A DNA stretch of 64,000 nt from Alphaproteobacteria bacterium (GCA_964291415.2 OZ219920.1:896001-960000), one strand, 5' to 3'; counted from the stretch's first letter, positions 38,853-49,007 are shown. The notes: generated by a model from the sequence alone, not told the origin. A program made the numbers and translations.

Positions 38853-39828
38853 TGTGCTGACCGGCAAGGAAACATGCGGCCTCGCGGCGGCCGGGAAGGG
38901 ACATGGCTGGCGGCACCTCCTCGCGGCAGCGCATGATGGCGACAGTGCAGCGGGGAGCGAAAGAGCAGCAGCGGGGTGTTTCGACGAGGGTCGGCGTCTG
39001 GCCGGGGATGGTGGCGAGCCTTCCCCGGCCGCAGCGGTGGGCCGCGGGCACCGTCTCGAGCAATGCCCGGGTGTAGGGATGCTGCGGCTGACGGAACAGG
39101 TCGTCCGCAGGTGCGGTCTCGACGACCCTGCCGCCGTACATCACGAGCACCCGGTCGGCGATGTCCGCGACGACGCCGAGATCGTGCGAGATCCACACGA
39201 TCGCCATGCCGAACCGTTCCCTGAGGCTGGCGACAAGGTCGAGGATCTGCGCCTGTATGGTGACATCGAGGGCCGTCGTCGGTTCGTCCGCGATCAGGAT
39301 GCGCGGCCTGCAGGAAAGCGCCATGGCGATCATCACCCGCTGGCACATGCCGCCCGAGAACTGGTGGGGATGGTCATCGAGGCGGCGTCCGGCGTCGGGA
39401 ATGCCGACGAGGTCGAGGAGCTCACGCGCCCTGGCTCGCGCTGCCCTGGCTGACAGTCCCAGGTGGTGTCGCATCGGCTCGACGAGTTGATGACCGATCG
39501 TGAGAACGGGATTGAGCGATGTCATCGGGTTCTGGAAGACGAAGCCGATCTCCGCGCCGCAGATGCGGCGCAGTTCCGCGGTGTCCATGGAGAGCAGATC
39601 GCGGCCATCGAAAGTGACCGTGCCTTCGACGATGTCCGCAGGCGGGGTCGGAAGAAGGCCCAGAAGCGACATCATGGTCACCGACTTGCCCGAACCGGAT
39701 TCGCCGACAACGCCCAGCACTTCTCCTTCGTGAAGGTCGAAACTGACCGAGTTGACCGCATGAACAGTCTTCTCGCGCGTGCGAAAGACGGTGCGCAGCC
39801 CCCTGACCTCGAGAAGGCTTCCGGTCAT
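38842..39828 (-). CDS. oppD: Oligopeptide ABC transporter ATPase
   Basis: [30 protein letters not shown]. Confidence 0.9.
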   Translation of the reverse strand: MTGSLLEVRGLRTVFRTREKTVHAVNSVSFDLHEGEVLGVVGESGSGKSVTMMSLLGLLPTPPADIVEGTVTFDGRDLLSMDTAELRRICGAEIGFVFQNPMTSLNPVLTIGHQLVEPMRHHLGLSARAARARARELLDLVGIPDAGRRLDDHPHQFSGGMCQRVMIAMALSCRPRILIADEPTTALDVTIQAQILDLVASLRERFGMAIVWISHDLGVVADIADRVLVMYGGRVVETAPADDLFRQPQHPYTRALLETVPAAHRCGRGRLATIPGQTPTLVETPRCCSFAPRCTVAIMRCREEVPPAMSLPGRREAACFLAGQHNDP

Positions 39829-40473
39829 CCGGGTTCGTTCTCCCGTGTCCGGAACTCCCCTGAAGACGATGCGTTCCCGGGGGTCCTGAAGGAGACGCAA
39901 TAGGGAGCCAGGGCCGTGTCCCTGCCGCTTCGTCCCCGGGTGGGTTGTCCCCGTTTCCCGAGGGGCGCATCGAAGAGGATCCTGTTGCGGACAGCGAACA
40001 TGGCAGGGGTCAGTGTAGGGGGCATGGCGCCATCATGACATCCATCGTCTCAAGGGCTGTTTCTCCAAACCCCTCAGGCATTTCCCAACTGCAAGGACGG
40101 CAACGTCCAAAGGATGAACGCTTGCCAACATTCCCGATCCCGACGCTCGCGGATATCCGGGCAGGGGCTCCGCTACAAGCGTCCTCGCCAGTCAGACGCA
40201 GGCGTTCGCCCTGTCAATCACATCATCTCCGGCCTCGACGGGGCGGGAGGGCCTGAATTCAGGCGGCCGGAGCGTCGGTAGAGCGGCTTTGAGCGCGCAT
40301 GGGAATCCGGAACCAAGCATGGATGCAACAAGCATCGCTAATGGGCCCATTACGACTATAAATTTCGAACATACCGTCGCCATTCTTATCCTCTACGAAG
40401 AGATGCCCCGACGCCACCGGCGCGCATGCCAGCCCGCGTTGGAGCCCCAATCAAGAACACAGGAGATGGCGAA

Positions 40474-41613
40474 ATGTCGAATCCAAGTTCAGGACCGGGA
40501 TCCCTCGTCACCCGTCGGCGCTTTCTGTACGCAAGCGCGGCGGCGGTCGGCGGTACGCTGTCGGCACCTTACGTCATGCGCAGGGCGTCGGCGGCAACGA
40601 CCGAACTGACCATGCTCGCCTGGTACGGCCATGCGGAACCTGACATCGTCGCCGAGTTCGAGGAACAGCATGATGTCGCGGTCAAGCCAAAGTACTACTC
40701 GGGCGGCGACAACATGCTGGCCCTGATTGCCCAGTCGCCACCCGGCACCTACGACCTGATTCTGTCGGACGCCGAGTACGTGCAGCAGCTCAACGCAGCC
40801 GGCTACGTCGAAGAGCTCGATCCGGGCGACTATCCGCTCGACGACTACTATCCGGAGTTTCAGCAGTTCCCCGGGCACTGGAAAGACGGCAAGCTCTTCT
40901 CGGTCATGGTGCGCTTCGGCTTTCTCGGGGTGGCCTACAACACCGAGGCCTTGACGGAGGAGGAAGCAAGGTCGTACGGGGTCTATTGGAGCCCCAAGCT
41001 GACCGGAAAGCTCGGCCACTTCGACTGGCATCTGCCGAATCTCGGTCAGATGAGCCTCCACAACGGCAACGAACCGCCGTTCGACCTCGACGAAGCGGCA
41101 TGGGGCACGCTCCAGGAGACCACCCTGTCACTGCGTCCTCAGGTCGGCGGGTTCTTCGACTATGGCGGCACGTTCGCATCCCTCCAGAATGGGCAGATGC
41201 TCGCCTTCTGCGGCATCGGCGACTGGATCACCGGGGTATTGCAGAAGGAAGGCGCTGCCGTCAGGACCGTTGTGCCCGAAGAAGGCGGACTGCAGTGGAC
41301 CGAGTCGTTTTGCATCGGCAAGGGCGCCAGGCATCCCGAGTTGGCCCGACAGTTCATCCAGTACATCACCTCGCCCGAGGGCCAGGTGAAGTCTGCCAAC
41401 ATGGCCGCTTACCCCGCGCTCATTCCCAGCCAGAAGGGATGGGAGCTCCTCAACGCGCAAACCCCTGAGGAAGCCCAGCGTCAGGGCATGGTGCTGGGGC
41501 AGCGGAACGTGATGGATGACATTCGTGACGGCCGCATCCAGTTCAGAGCCTTGCCCGTGCAGCAAACCCTTGAGGACTGGAATGACTTCTGGTCTGATTA
41601 CAAGAGCGCTTAG
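40474..41613 (+). CDS. potD: Polyamine-family ABC substrate-binding protein with Tat signal
   Basis: TRRRFL Tat motif; PotD-like layout (EFE.., YDLI, VPEEGG..W, FIQYI.SPE); RBS AGGAG. Confidence 0.8.
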   Translation: MSNPSSGPGSLVTRRRFLYASAAAVGGTLSAPYVMRRASAATTELTMLAWYGHAEPDIVAEFEEQHDVAVKPKYYSGGDNMLALIAQSPPGTYDLILSDAEYVQQLNAAGYVEELDPGDYPLDDYYPEFQQFPGHWKDGKLFSVMVRFGFLGVAYNTEALTEEEARSYGVYWSPKLTGKLGHFDWHLPNLGQMSLHNGNEPPFDLDEAAWGTLQETTLSLRPQVGGFFDYGGTFASLQNGQMLAFCGIGDWITGVLQKEGAAVRTVVPEEGGLQWTESFCIGKGARHPELARQFIQYITSPEGQVKSANMAAYPALIPSQKGWELLNAQTPEEAQRQGMVLGQRNVMDDIRDGRIQFRALPVQQTLEDWNDFWSDYKSA

Positions 41614-41630
41614 CAAATCCCGATTTGAAA

Positions 41631-41657
41631 GGGGGCGCCATTGATGATGGCGCCCCC
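41631..41657 (+). terminator. Intercistronic stem-loop after the binding-protein gene
   Basis: Perfect 11-bp stem GGGGGCGCCAT-TGATG-ATGGCGCCCCC; no strong U tract on the + strand, so possibly an mRNA stabiliser or attenuator. Confidence 0.6.
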
Positions 41658-41706
41658 CTCCCGGACGGAGAAAACAGGCCGGAGACCTGACATGGATGCG
41701 TGAGGC

Positions 41707-42546
41707 ATGAAGAAGGTCACGATTTTCGGACTGTCGCTTTCCTTGCCGCTCCTCCTCTGGCAACTTCTGTTCTTTGCCTTTCCACTCATCTTTCTCGTAG
41801 CCCTCAGTTTCTGGGTCGTCGAGAACTACCGGATGGTCCCGGACTTCGACGGCGTCAACTGGACCAAGATGTTCAGCCGTGACGTGTTCTGGGACACCTA
41901 CCTGCGAACGCTTGCGCTGGCAGCCGGCGCCTCGGTGCTTGTCAGCATCCTGGCGTTTCCCTGCTCCTACGGCATTGCCTTCAAGTTGTCGGCGAACCTG
42001 CGACGGCTGGCCATTTTCCTGATGGTCATTCCGTTCTTCACCAGCTACCTGGTACGCGTCTACTCCTGGCAGATTTTCCTGAGCGACAACGGAATCTTCA
42101 ACGCGGCCTTCGGCCTCCTGGGAATGGGGCCGTTCACCATGCTGAACACGGATTTCGGCACGATGGTAGGCTACCTGACCCTTTGTTTGCCGCTCGTTGT
42201 GCTCCTCCAGGTGTTCGGCCTGATGTTTGTCGACCGCACCTTGATCGAGGCGGCGCACAACCTGCGCTGCGGACGTCTCAGGACGGTTTTCCTCGTTGTC
42301 ATACCGTCGGCCAGGGTGGGCCTGGTGATTGCCGCGCTGTTCTGCTTCATCCTGACGTTCGGGGACTTTGTCGGTCCGCTCTATCTCGGAGGAGGCAAGC
42401 CGCCGACGCTCAGCATCATGATCACCGATACAACCAAGGCCGGCCAGCAATGGCCGCGGGCGGCGGTCATCGCGATCGTCATGATCGCAACGCTTCTGGT
42501 CGTCGCCTTTTCGGCGATCGGCTATGCCTACAGAAAGAGAGCATGA
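41707..42546 (+). CDS. potB: Polyamine ABC transporter permease
   Basis: IPFFTSYLVRVYSW, LIEAAHNL, hydrophobic segments. Confidence 0.85.
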   Translation: MKKVTIFGLSLSLPLLLWQLLFFAFPLIFLVALSFWVVENYRMVPDFDGVNWTKMFSRDVFWDTYLRTLALAAGASVLVSILAFPCSYGIAFKLSANLRRLAIFLMVIPFFTSYLVRVYSWQIFLSDNGIFNAAFGLLGMGPFTMLNTDFGTMVGYLTLCLPLVVLLQVFGLMFVDRTLIEAAHNLRCGRLRTVFLVVIPSARVGLVIAALFCFILTFGDFVGPLYLGGGKPPTLSIMITDTTKAGQQWPRAAVIAIVMIATLLVVAFSAIGYAYRKRA

Positions 42547-43343
42547 ACCGGAACTGGATCATCGACTGGAGTTTGCGCGCCTACGTCATCCTGGCACTCG
42601 CCTTCGTGTTCGCGCCGATCGCGGCAAGCTTCGTCTTTTCCTTCAACGCCGACCGCTTCCCGTCGCTCCCCCTGGGGGGCTTCAGCCTGCGATGGTACGA
42701 GGCCATTGCGGAAGATCCCCTGGTCTGGGAAGGCTTGCGCAACAGCCTGGTCGTCGGCATCTGCGCCTCGCTGCTCTCGACCGCGCTCGGTTTTGCGGCA
42801 GCCTACACCGACTTCAGATACAGGTTCTTCGGCAAGCCCCTGTATCTCGCCCTTGCATTGCTGCCGCCCACGATTCCCGTGGTGATCATGGGCCTGGCGA
42901 TGCTCGCGTTTCTGTCGCGCGTCTCTCTTTCGGGTGAAACTCATTCCGTGATCATCAGCCATGTCGTCATGTGCAGCCCCTTCGCAATGGCCATCATCCG
43001 TTTGAGACTCTCGCAGATGGATCCAAGTCTCGAAGCGGCCGCCTGGAACCTGGGAGCCGGCGAGTGGCGTGCCATGTTCCATGTCATCGTGCCCTTTGCG
43101 CGCCCGGCGATCTTCGCCGCCCTGTTCATCACCATGGCCGTGTCGTTCGACGAGTTCGCGGTGGCCTGGTTCGTTTCGGGACTGAACGAAACGCTCCCGG
43201 TTCGCATCCTGGGATTCCTTCAGGGTCAAGTCAGTCCGCGGATCAACGCCATCGGGACGATCGTGTTCCTGACGTCAATGACGCTGGTCATCCTCGCGCA
43301 GGTTCTGTTGATGAGTCGCCAGGGCCGAGTCGAGGAAACCTGA
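42543..43343 (+). CDS. potC: Polyamine ABC transporter permease
   Basis: FSLRWY, LEAAAWNLGA, VSFDEF, TLPV; ATGA overlap. Confidence 0.85.
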   Translation: MNRNWIIDWSLRAYVILALAFVFAPIAASFVFSFNADRFPSLPLGGFSLRWYEAIAEDPLVWEGLRNSLVVGICASLLSTALGFAAAYTDFRYRFFGKPLYLALALLPPTIPVVIMGLAMLAFLSRVSLSGETHSVIISHVVMCSPFAMAIIRLRLSQMDPSLEAAAWNLGAGEWRAMFHVIVPFARPAIFAALFITMAVSFDEFAVAWFVSGLNETLPVRILGFLQGQVSPRINAIGTIVFLTSMTLVILAQVLLMSRQGRVEET

Positions 43344-43354
43344 GGGGGTTCGCA

Positions 43355-44446
43355 GTGGCAGAAGCGCTGGTCGTTTTCGACAATGTCGAGAAGAGGTTTG
43401 GCGACACCATCGCCGTGGACCGCATGAATCTGGACATCCGCAAGGGCGAGTTTCTGGTGATCATGGGCTCCAGCGGGTGCGGAAAGACCACGACGCTGCG
43501 CATGCTCGCCGGTCTCGAAGCTCCGACACGAGGCGAGATCCGCCTGGAGGGCCGGCGGATCAACGATCTGACGACATGGCAACGGGACACGCCGATGGTC
43601 TGGCAGAGCCTGGCGCTCTTTCCCTTTCTCAATGTCCTCCAAAACGTCGAGTTCGGCCTGAAAATGCGCGGCATGGACAGGGCCAGGCGCCGCGCAAAGG
43701 CCATGGAATGGCTTGACCGCATGGGGATCGCCGAGTTTGCCAGGCGCGACATCAGCCAGCTGTCGGGCGGCCAGCGCCAACGTGTCGCATTGGCGCGCTC
43801 GCTCGTGACCGAGCCCGAGATCCTGCTCCTGGACGAGCCCCTGAGTTCACTGGACGCGCACTTGAAGGTCCGCATGCAGGCCATCCTCTCGAACCTCCAG
43901 AAGGAACTCGGAATCACCTTTGTCTACGTGACGCACAGTCAGTCGGAGGCCTTTGCCATGGGCGACCGGATCGTGATCATGAGTCGTGGCCGGATCGAGC
44001 AGATTGGCGCGCCAGTCGAGATCTACCGTACGCCATACAACCATTTCGTTGCGGAGTTCCTGGGTTCCTCGAACATCTTCCAGGGCCGCGTGGCTTGCGA
44101 GGATGGCGGTCTTCTCTCGATCGAGACAGGTCAGGGGACGTTCCATGTGAACGCCAGCGGAGCGGACGGGAGACAAGAAGGAGCCTCGACGACGTTCGTG
44201 GTCGGCAATGACCGCGTGGTCCTCTCCGAGGAGCAGCCGGCTGACGCACGGAACGTTCTGGAAGGCAGGGTGATCGGAGAGGAGTTTGTCGGCGCTACGG
44301 TCACGATCCACATCGAAACCGACGATGGCCAGGACATCAGGGCGCAGAAGAGCCACGACGAGATCGCGCATCTCAACACCGATGTGGGCACGCGGATCTT
44401 CGCGTCGTGGCTGCCGGAGAGCGCCTATGTCCTGCCAGGAGAATAG
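43355..44446 (+). CDS. potA: Polyamine ABC transporter ATPase
   Basis: GSSGCGKTT, LSGGQRQR, LLLDEP, YVTHSQ, C-terminal TOBE-like region; GTG start after GAGGGG. Confidence 0.88.
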   Translation: MAEALVVFDNVEKRFGDTIAVDRMNLDIRKGEFLVIMGSSGCGKTTTLRMLAGLEAPTRGEIRLEGRRINDLTTWQRDTPMVWQSLALFPFLNVLQNVEFGLKMRGMDRARRRAKAMEWLDRMGIAEFARRDISQLSGGQRQRVALARSLVTEPEILLLDEPLSSLDAHLKVRMQAILSNLQKELGITFVYVTHSQSEAFAMGDRIVIMSRGRIEQIGAPVEIYRTPYNHFVAEFLGSSNIFQGRVACEDGGLLSIETGQGTFHVNASGADGRQEGASTTFVVGNDRVVLSEEQPADARNVLEGRVIGEEFVGATVTIHIETDDGQDIRAQKSHDEIAHLNTDVGTRIFASWLPESAYVLPGE

Positions 44447-44523
44447 GCGATAGACTTGTCCGAAGACGAGACGGGCACAGCGGCGAAGGCTGTGCACTGC
44501 GTGCCCGAACGGGAGAAGCACCG

Positions 44524-44967
44524 ATGACCGTGACGAGAACAGGGCGCTGCATGTGTGGCGTCGTACGCTTCGAGGCGAAGGACGAGCCCTTCGACGTGAC
44601 CCATTGCCACTGTCACAGCTGCCGCAAGCACAACGGTGCTGCGGTGGTGACGCTTGCCGGTTACCGGGCCGAGCAGGTTGCCTTCAGCGGTGCGGAGCGC
44701 AGGCATTACCAATCGTCACCCGGTGTGCTTCGCGGGTTCTGCGGCGATTGCGGCACGCCGCTGACCTGGGAAGGCGACGGTGGCGACCTTGGTCCGATCA
44801 TCGAGTTCCACATCAGCACGTTCGACGAGCCCGAATCCCTGGTTCCGACGGCCCATGCCTTCGAACCCGAGCGCATCGCGTGGATGGAGGTCGCCGACGA
44901 TCTGCCGCGCTACGCGGGATTCGTCGGCGAGAGTGCGCCGCTCAGACACGGGCCGGCGACGGGCTGA
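44524..44967 (+). CDS. GFA (glutathione-dependent formaldehyde-activating)/CENP-V family protein
   Basis: GRCMCG, CHCHSCRKH, RGFCGDCGTPL. Confidence 0.88.
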   Translation: MTVTRTGRCMCGVVRFEAKDEPFDVTHCHCHSCRKHNGAAVVTLAGYRAEQVAFSGAERRHYQSSPGVLRGFCGDCGTPLTWEGDGGDLGPIIEFHISTFDEPESLVPTAHAFEPERIAWMEVADDLPRYAGFVGESAPLRHGPATG

Positions 44968-45369
44968 GACGGCGTTCAGGAATCCGGCACCTCGCGTGGT
45001 CTTGCGAGGTGCTGGCAAGGAGCGCTTCTCCGGTACAATCGATCCCGGCCTTGATGGCTGACCGTCATCGAGGGGATCCGGCACGACTCACGCGCCATGC
45101 GCGTCGCGCCCGCTGGAGTTCACCAACTCCCGGACAGAACCTGGCAGCCAGCGTCTGCAAGCGCACAGCTGGCGGACACCTCCTCGATGGCCATGTGCCG
45201 GCGGAGTGAAGGGGATGGAGTGACCTGCGTTCCGGTTCAGGGATGTTCGCCCTGGCGTCTGCTGCGTCTGCCGGCACGGAACAAGGGGCGCAATTTCCTC
45301 CTTGTCTTGCGACGAGACCTGCATGCAATACTGCGCGTCGTCCGCGAGGTGGCGTGAAGAGGCGAGTTC

Positions 45370-46164
45370 ATGACAACCCAGTATTCGGCAAATGTGGTCG
45401 AAGGCATGCAGGCGCTCTATGGCAAGGGGTTCCTGTCGCCTGGCGGTGCCGAGGAAATGGCCGTCCTGCTCGAGGGCGTCGACCTTTCCGGCCGAACCGT
45501 GCTCGATATCGGTTGTGGTCTTGGCGGTGCGGCCGTCATGCTGGCCGGCTCCTTCGGCGCCCGTCACGTGACATCGATCGATGTTGCCGGGGATCTCGTC
45601 GAGCGGGCCCGCGAGGCGATCCGCGAAGCCGGGCTTGCCGGGAAGATCACAACGCATCACGTCACTCCGGGACCGTTGCCGTTTGAAGATGCCGCCTTCG
45701 ACACCGTGTTTGCCAAGGACGTCGTCTGTCACATTCCCGACAAGGCCGCCCTCTTTGGCGAGGTGGCGCGCGTACTGGCTCCGGGAGGACAGGTGATCTG
45801 CGCCGACTTCACGGTTCCTTCGGGTCCCGAAGCGGCGCCACACCTCTACACGGCCTGGATCGATGCCATGAAGGCCTACGGCCTCACCTTTCACTTCGAG
45901 ACTCTCACCCTTTACGAGGAGGCGTTCGGCCGGGCGGGTCTGGGCACTCCGCGCGTGAAGGACGACACGGCGCGGTCCCTCGACGCGGCGCGTCGGGAAG
46001 TGGCATGGGTGCGAGGGCCGAATGCCGGGATCCTGAGGGAGGCCCTGGGTGAAGAGATGTTTGCCAGGCGCATTGACGCGAGTATGCGACGCCGTGATGC
46101 CCTCGCCGGCGGCGGCGTCCATCACACACACATGCTGGCCAATCGCCTGGCAGGGACGGGCTGA
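45370..46164 (+). CDS. Class I SAM-dependent methyltransferase, paralog of 3468..4280
   Basis: YGKGFLSPGG, VLDIGCGLGG, FDTVFAKD, RVLAPGG. Confidence 0.85.
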   Translation: MTTQYSANVVEGMQALYGKGFLSPGGAEEMAVLLEGVDLSGRTVLDIGCGLGGAAVMLAGSFGARHVTSIDVAGDLVERAREAIREAGLAGKITTHHVTPGPLPFEDAAFDTVFAKDVVCHIPDKAALFGEVARVLAPGGQVICADFTVPSGPEAAPHLYTAWIDAMKAYGLTFHFETLTLYEEAFGRAGLGTPRVKDDTARSLDAARREVAWVRGPNAGILREALGEEMFARRIDASMRRRDALAGGGVHHTHMLANRLAGTG

Positions 46165-46314
46165 AGCCGCAAGTTCACTCTGCAATGGACGATCGAGCGA
46201 CGTGCCTTCTTCCCGTACCATCCTTCGATCAGTGATCCCCGGCCACCACGTCGCTTCAGGATTGCGCCCGGCACCAGGTGTGACGGACAACCCCGACAGT
46301 GAAGGAAGAGCGAC

Positions 46315-47196
46315 ATGACAAGAAGGTTTCTCGACCGCGCACGTGTGGACGCCTACCACGAGCGGGGCTATCTCTTCCCCGTCCCGGCAATCTCACCCGC
46401 CGAGGCGAGTGATCTGCGTCAGGAGACCGAAGACCTGCTCGATCGTACCCGCGATCAGCCCCATGTCTTCCAGTACACCTTCAATGTTCCCCATCTCGTG
46501 TTGCCCGGGATTCATGCACTGGCGAGAGACAGCCGCGTTCTCGATCCCGTCGAGTCGCTGATGGGTCCCGATCTCCTCCTGTGGAGCGCCAGTTTCTTCA
46601 TCAAGGAACCCCGCACGACGGATTTCGTCGGCTGGCACCAGGATCTTCGCTACTGGGGTCTCGATGACGACTCACGGGAAATCACGGCCTGGATCGCGCT
46701 GGGCGAGGTGACCCGCGACAATGGCGCCATGCGGTTCATGCCGGGATCCCACCGCCACGGCATGGTGGAACACCGGGACACCTGGCGGGAGTCGAACCAG
46801 CTCTCGAGAGGGCAGGAACTGGCGGTCGACGTTGACGAGGAACAGGCGGTCGACGTGGAGCTGAAGTCCGGCGAGATGTCGCTTCACCACGGCAGCCTCT
46901 ATCATTCCTCTCCGGCGAACTGCTCGCCATCGAGGCGGATCGGCCTGGCCCTGCGCTTCATCACGCCGGAAATGAAGCAGGTGGTGGGCGAGGTCGACTA
47001 TGCGACGCTTGTCCGGGGCGAGGACCGGTTCGAACATTTCAGGCCCGAGCCCGAACCCGTCTTCGACCTTGACCCGGCAGGTCTTCGTCCGATTGACACC
47101 ATGCTGCGCGAGATGAACGCCTTCTACTTTGCCGGAGCCGAGGAGAGGGCGCCCGAGTTCGGCGTCCGCCATGTGCGCAACCCGCAGGATTCCTGA
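46315..47196 (+). CDS. PhyH family Fe(II)/2-oxoglutarate dioxygenase
   Basis: FFIKEP, WHQD, NGAMRFMPGSH, SLHH..YHSS.AN..RRIG. Confidence 0.88.
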   Translation: MTRRFLDRARVDAYHERGYLFPVPAISPAEASDLRQETEDLLDRTRDQPHVFQYTFNVPHLVLPGIHALARDSRVLDPVESLMGPDLLLWSASFFIKEPRTTDFVGWHQDLRYWGLDDDSREITAWIALGEVTRDNGAMRFMPGSHRHGMVEHRDTWRESNQLSRGQELAVDVDEEQAVDVELKSGEMSLHHGSLYHSSPANCSPSRRIGLALRFITPEMKQVVGEVDYATLVRGEDRFEHFRPEPEPVFDLDPAGLRPIDTMLREMNAFYFAGAEERAPEFGVRHVRNPQDS

Positions 47197-47669
47197 TGCC
47201 CGACGATGCCGCCTTCATGCGCCGGGCCATCGCCCTTGCCGATGCCAGCGTGACGACGCTTGAGGGTGGTCCCTTCGGCGCCGTCATCGTGCGCGATGGC
47301 CGGATCGTTGGCGAAGGCGCCAATCGCGTGACCACCGATCATGATCCCACGGCCCATGCGGAGATTGTCGCCATCCGTGACGCCTGTCGCACACTCTCCA
47401 GCTTTTCCCTGGAAGGGTGTGTCATCTATACGAGCTGCGAGCCCTGTCCGATGTGCCTCGCTGCCATCTACTGGGCGCGGCTTTCCCGAATAGTCTATGG
47501 CAACACCAGGGAGGATGCGGCCCGGATCGGTTTCGACGACGACCTCATCTACCGCGAGGTGGCGCTGGCCATGGCCCAGCGATCCGTTCCCGCCCGCCGG
47601 CTGCTGGCGAACGAAGCGATTGCCACGTTCGACGCCTGGAGCCGAACGGCCGGCAGGATTCCCTATTGA
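47196..47669 (+). CDS. guaD: Zn-dependent nucleobase deaminase (cytidine-deaminase fold, guanine deaminase-like)
   Basis: GGPFGAVIV, DPTAHAE, SCEPCPMC, IGFDD; TGATG overlap with phyH. Confidence 0.85.
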   Translation: MPDDAAFMRRAIALADASVTTLEGGPFGAVIVRDGRIVGEGANRVTTDHDPTAHAEIVAIRDACRTLSSFSLEGCVIYTSCEPCPMCLAAIYWARLSRIVYGNTREDAARIGFDDDLIYREVALAMAQRSVPARRLLANEAIATFDAWSRTAGRIPY

Positions 47670-47765
47670 TCGTGGCTGCCGGCGGTGCCGCGGACCGGGA
47701 CTTGCGAATTCGCCATCGATAGGTTCAAAGTAGGACCGTTCAGCAGACGCCTTGCGAGGGATCAG

Positions 47766-49007
47766 ATGGAAGGGCTTGGAACCCGATCGGCCTGGGTGCC
47801 GTCTCTGGAGATCACCAGTGGACAAGCGGAGCCGGTGGCCGCCAATGGCGGTCTCTCCTTTGCATCATTTGAGCGTGATGGCGATGCGGGGACCCGGGCG
47901 GCAATCGATGCTGCGCTCGAACAGATCGCCCGGGGTCACGTCGACGATTTCATCCGTTGGATCGACGATGCGCCCCCAGGGCCCGTGGAAACAAGCTGGG
48001 GAACCGGGTTCCGCACCTGGGACGAGTGCATGGACCACATTCGCGCCAGCCGCATGGAGGCACCCGATGGCGGGGTGGTGCTGCCGTTGCGCTACACCGT
48101 CTACGAACACCCGTCCTATTCCGTCGTGTCGTCGAACTCTCTCTGGCAGAATTCGGCGCGGCGCCGAGAAGCAGACCTGTTGCGCCAGGCGGAAGAGAAC
48201 ATCTGGCGGAGTTCCCTCTATTTTCCCCAGGTGGTACGCGATGCCCGCAGGATCGAGGAAACCGCTGCGGGTCTGTCGGTGACCACGCCCGAGTGCATGG
48301 ACAGGCTGGGGGTCTCCCTGGCCCACCTCGACTCCAGCTGCACCGACTTCTACGACGCAGCGGAAGTGGAGCGCGTCTTCTATCCGGAAATCGAGCAGCT
48401 TCTCCTGGATTTCTTTCCTGGCGCCTCCGATGCCCTCGTCTACAATCACGACATCTTCAACCGGGACTACGACGGCCCGGTCAGGGAGGATCAGGAAGCG
48501 AAGAACCCCGGAGTCAACACCGGGTATATCAATTTCGTGCACAACGATCTCAACGACAATTCCGGGCGCGTGCGATGCCGGGAACTGCTGACGCAGAATC
48601 TGCGGAATTTCGGACGCGAGCAGCATTACACCGAGGCCGAAGCCGATGCCAAGATGTCGCGCCGGTTCATGTCGATCAATCTCGCCAAGCCCTTCGAGAC
48701 CGTCGAGCAGTACCCCTTCATCCTGTGTGCCTGGCCTTCCTTCGCCGATCAGCCCTACATCACGAACTACCGCATCTATGATGATCGCGTCGGTGAGACC
48801 ACCGTGTTCACCTACCGCCCGGACCATGATTGGTACTGGTTTCCACGCCAGCAGCCCAACGAGATTTCCATGCTGAAGTGTTACGATTCCATCACCGACG
48901 GATCCGTTTCCAGGTGGTCCTTCCACTCAGCCTGCTTCGATCCCGGCGCACCCTCCGACGCACCCTGCCGCAAGAACATCGTGGTCCGCTCGTACGTGTT
49001 CTTCTGA
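47766..49007 (+). CDS. CmcJ/NvfI/AsaB-like Fe(II)/2OG oxidoreductase with N-terminal extension (copy 1)
   Basis: RDARR, DFYD..EVERVFYPE, VHND (HxD), INL.KP, WYWFP, LKCYDS, FHSA.FDP..R.NI.VR. Confidence 0.75.
   Translation: MEGLGTRSAWVPSLEITSGQAEPVAANGGLSFASFERDGDAGTRAAIDAALEQIARGHVDDFIRWIDDAPPGPVETSWGTGFRTWDECMDHIRASRMEAPDGGVVLPLRYTVYEHPSYSVVSSNSLWQNSARRREADLLRQAEENIWRSSLYFPQVVRDARRIEETAAGLSVTTPECMDRLGVSLAHLDSSCTDFYDAAEVERVFYPEIEQLLLDFFPGASDALVYNHDIFNRDYDGPVREDQEAKNPGVNTGYINFVHNDLNDNSGRVRCRELLTQNLRNFGREQHYTEAEADAKMSRRFMSINLAKPFETVEQYPFILCAWPSFADQPYITNYRIYDDRVGETTVFTYRPDHDWYWFPRQQPNEISMLKCYDSITDGSVSRWSFHSACFDPGAPSDAPCRKNIVVRSYVFF

Noticed and set aside
47685-47765. Longer N-termini of the duplicated oxygenases given by the ORF track
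   Set aside because: Upstream of MEGLGT the copies differ largely by amino-acid-changing substitutions and share no common start, which fits non-coding DNA
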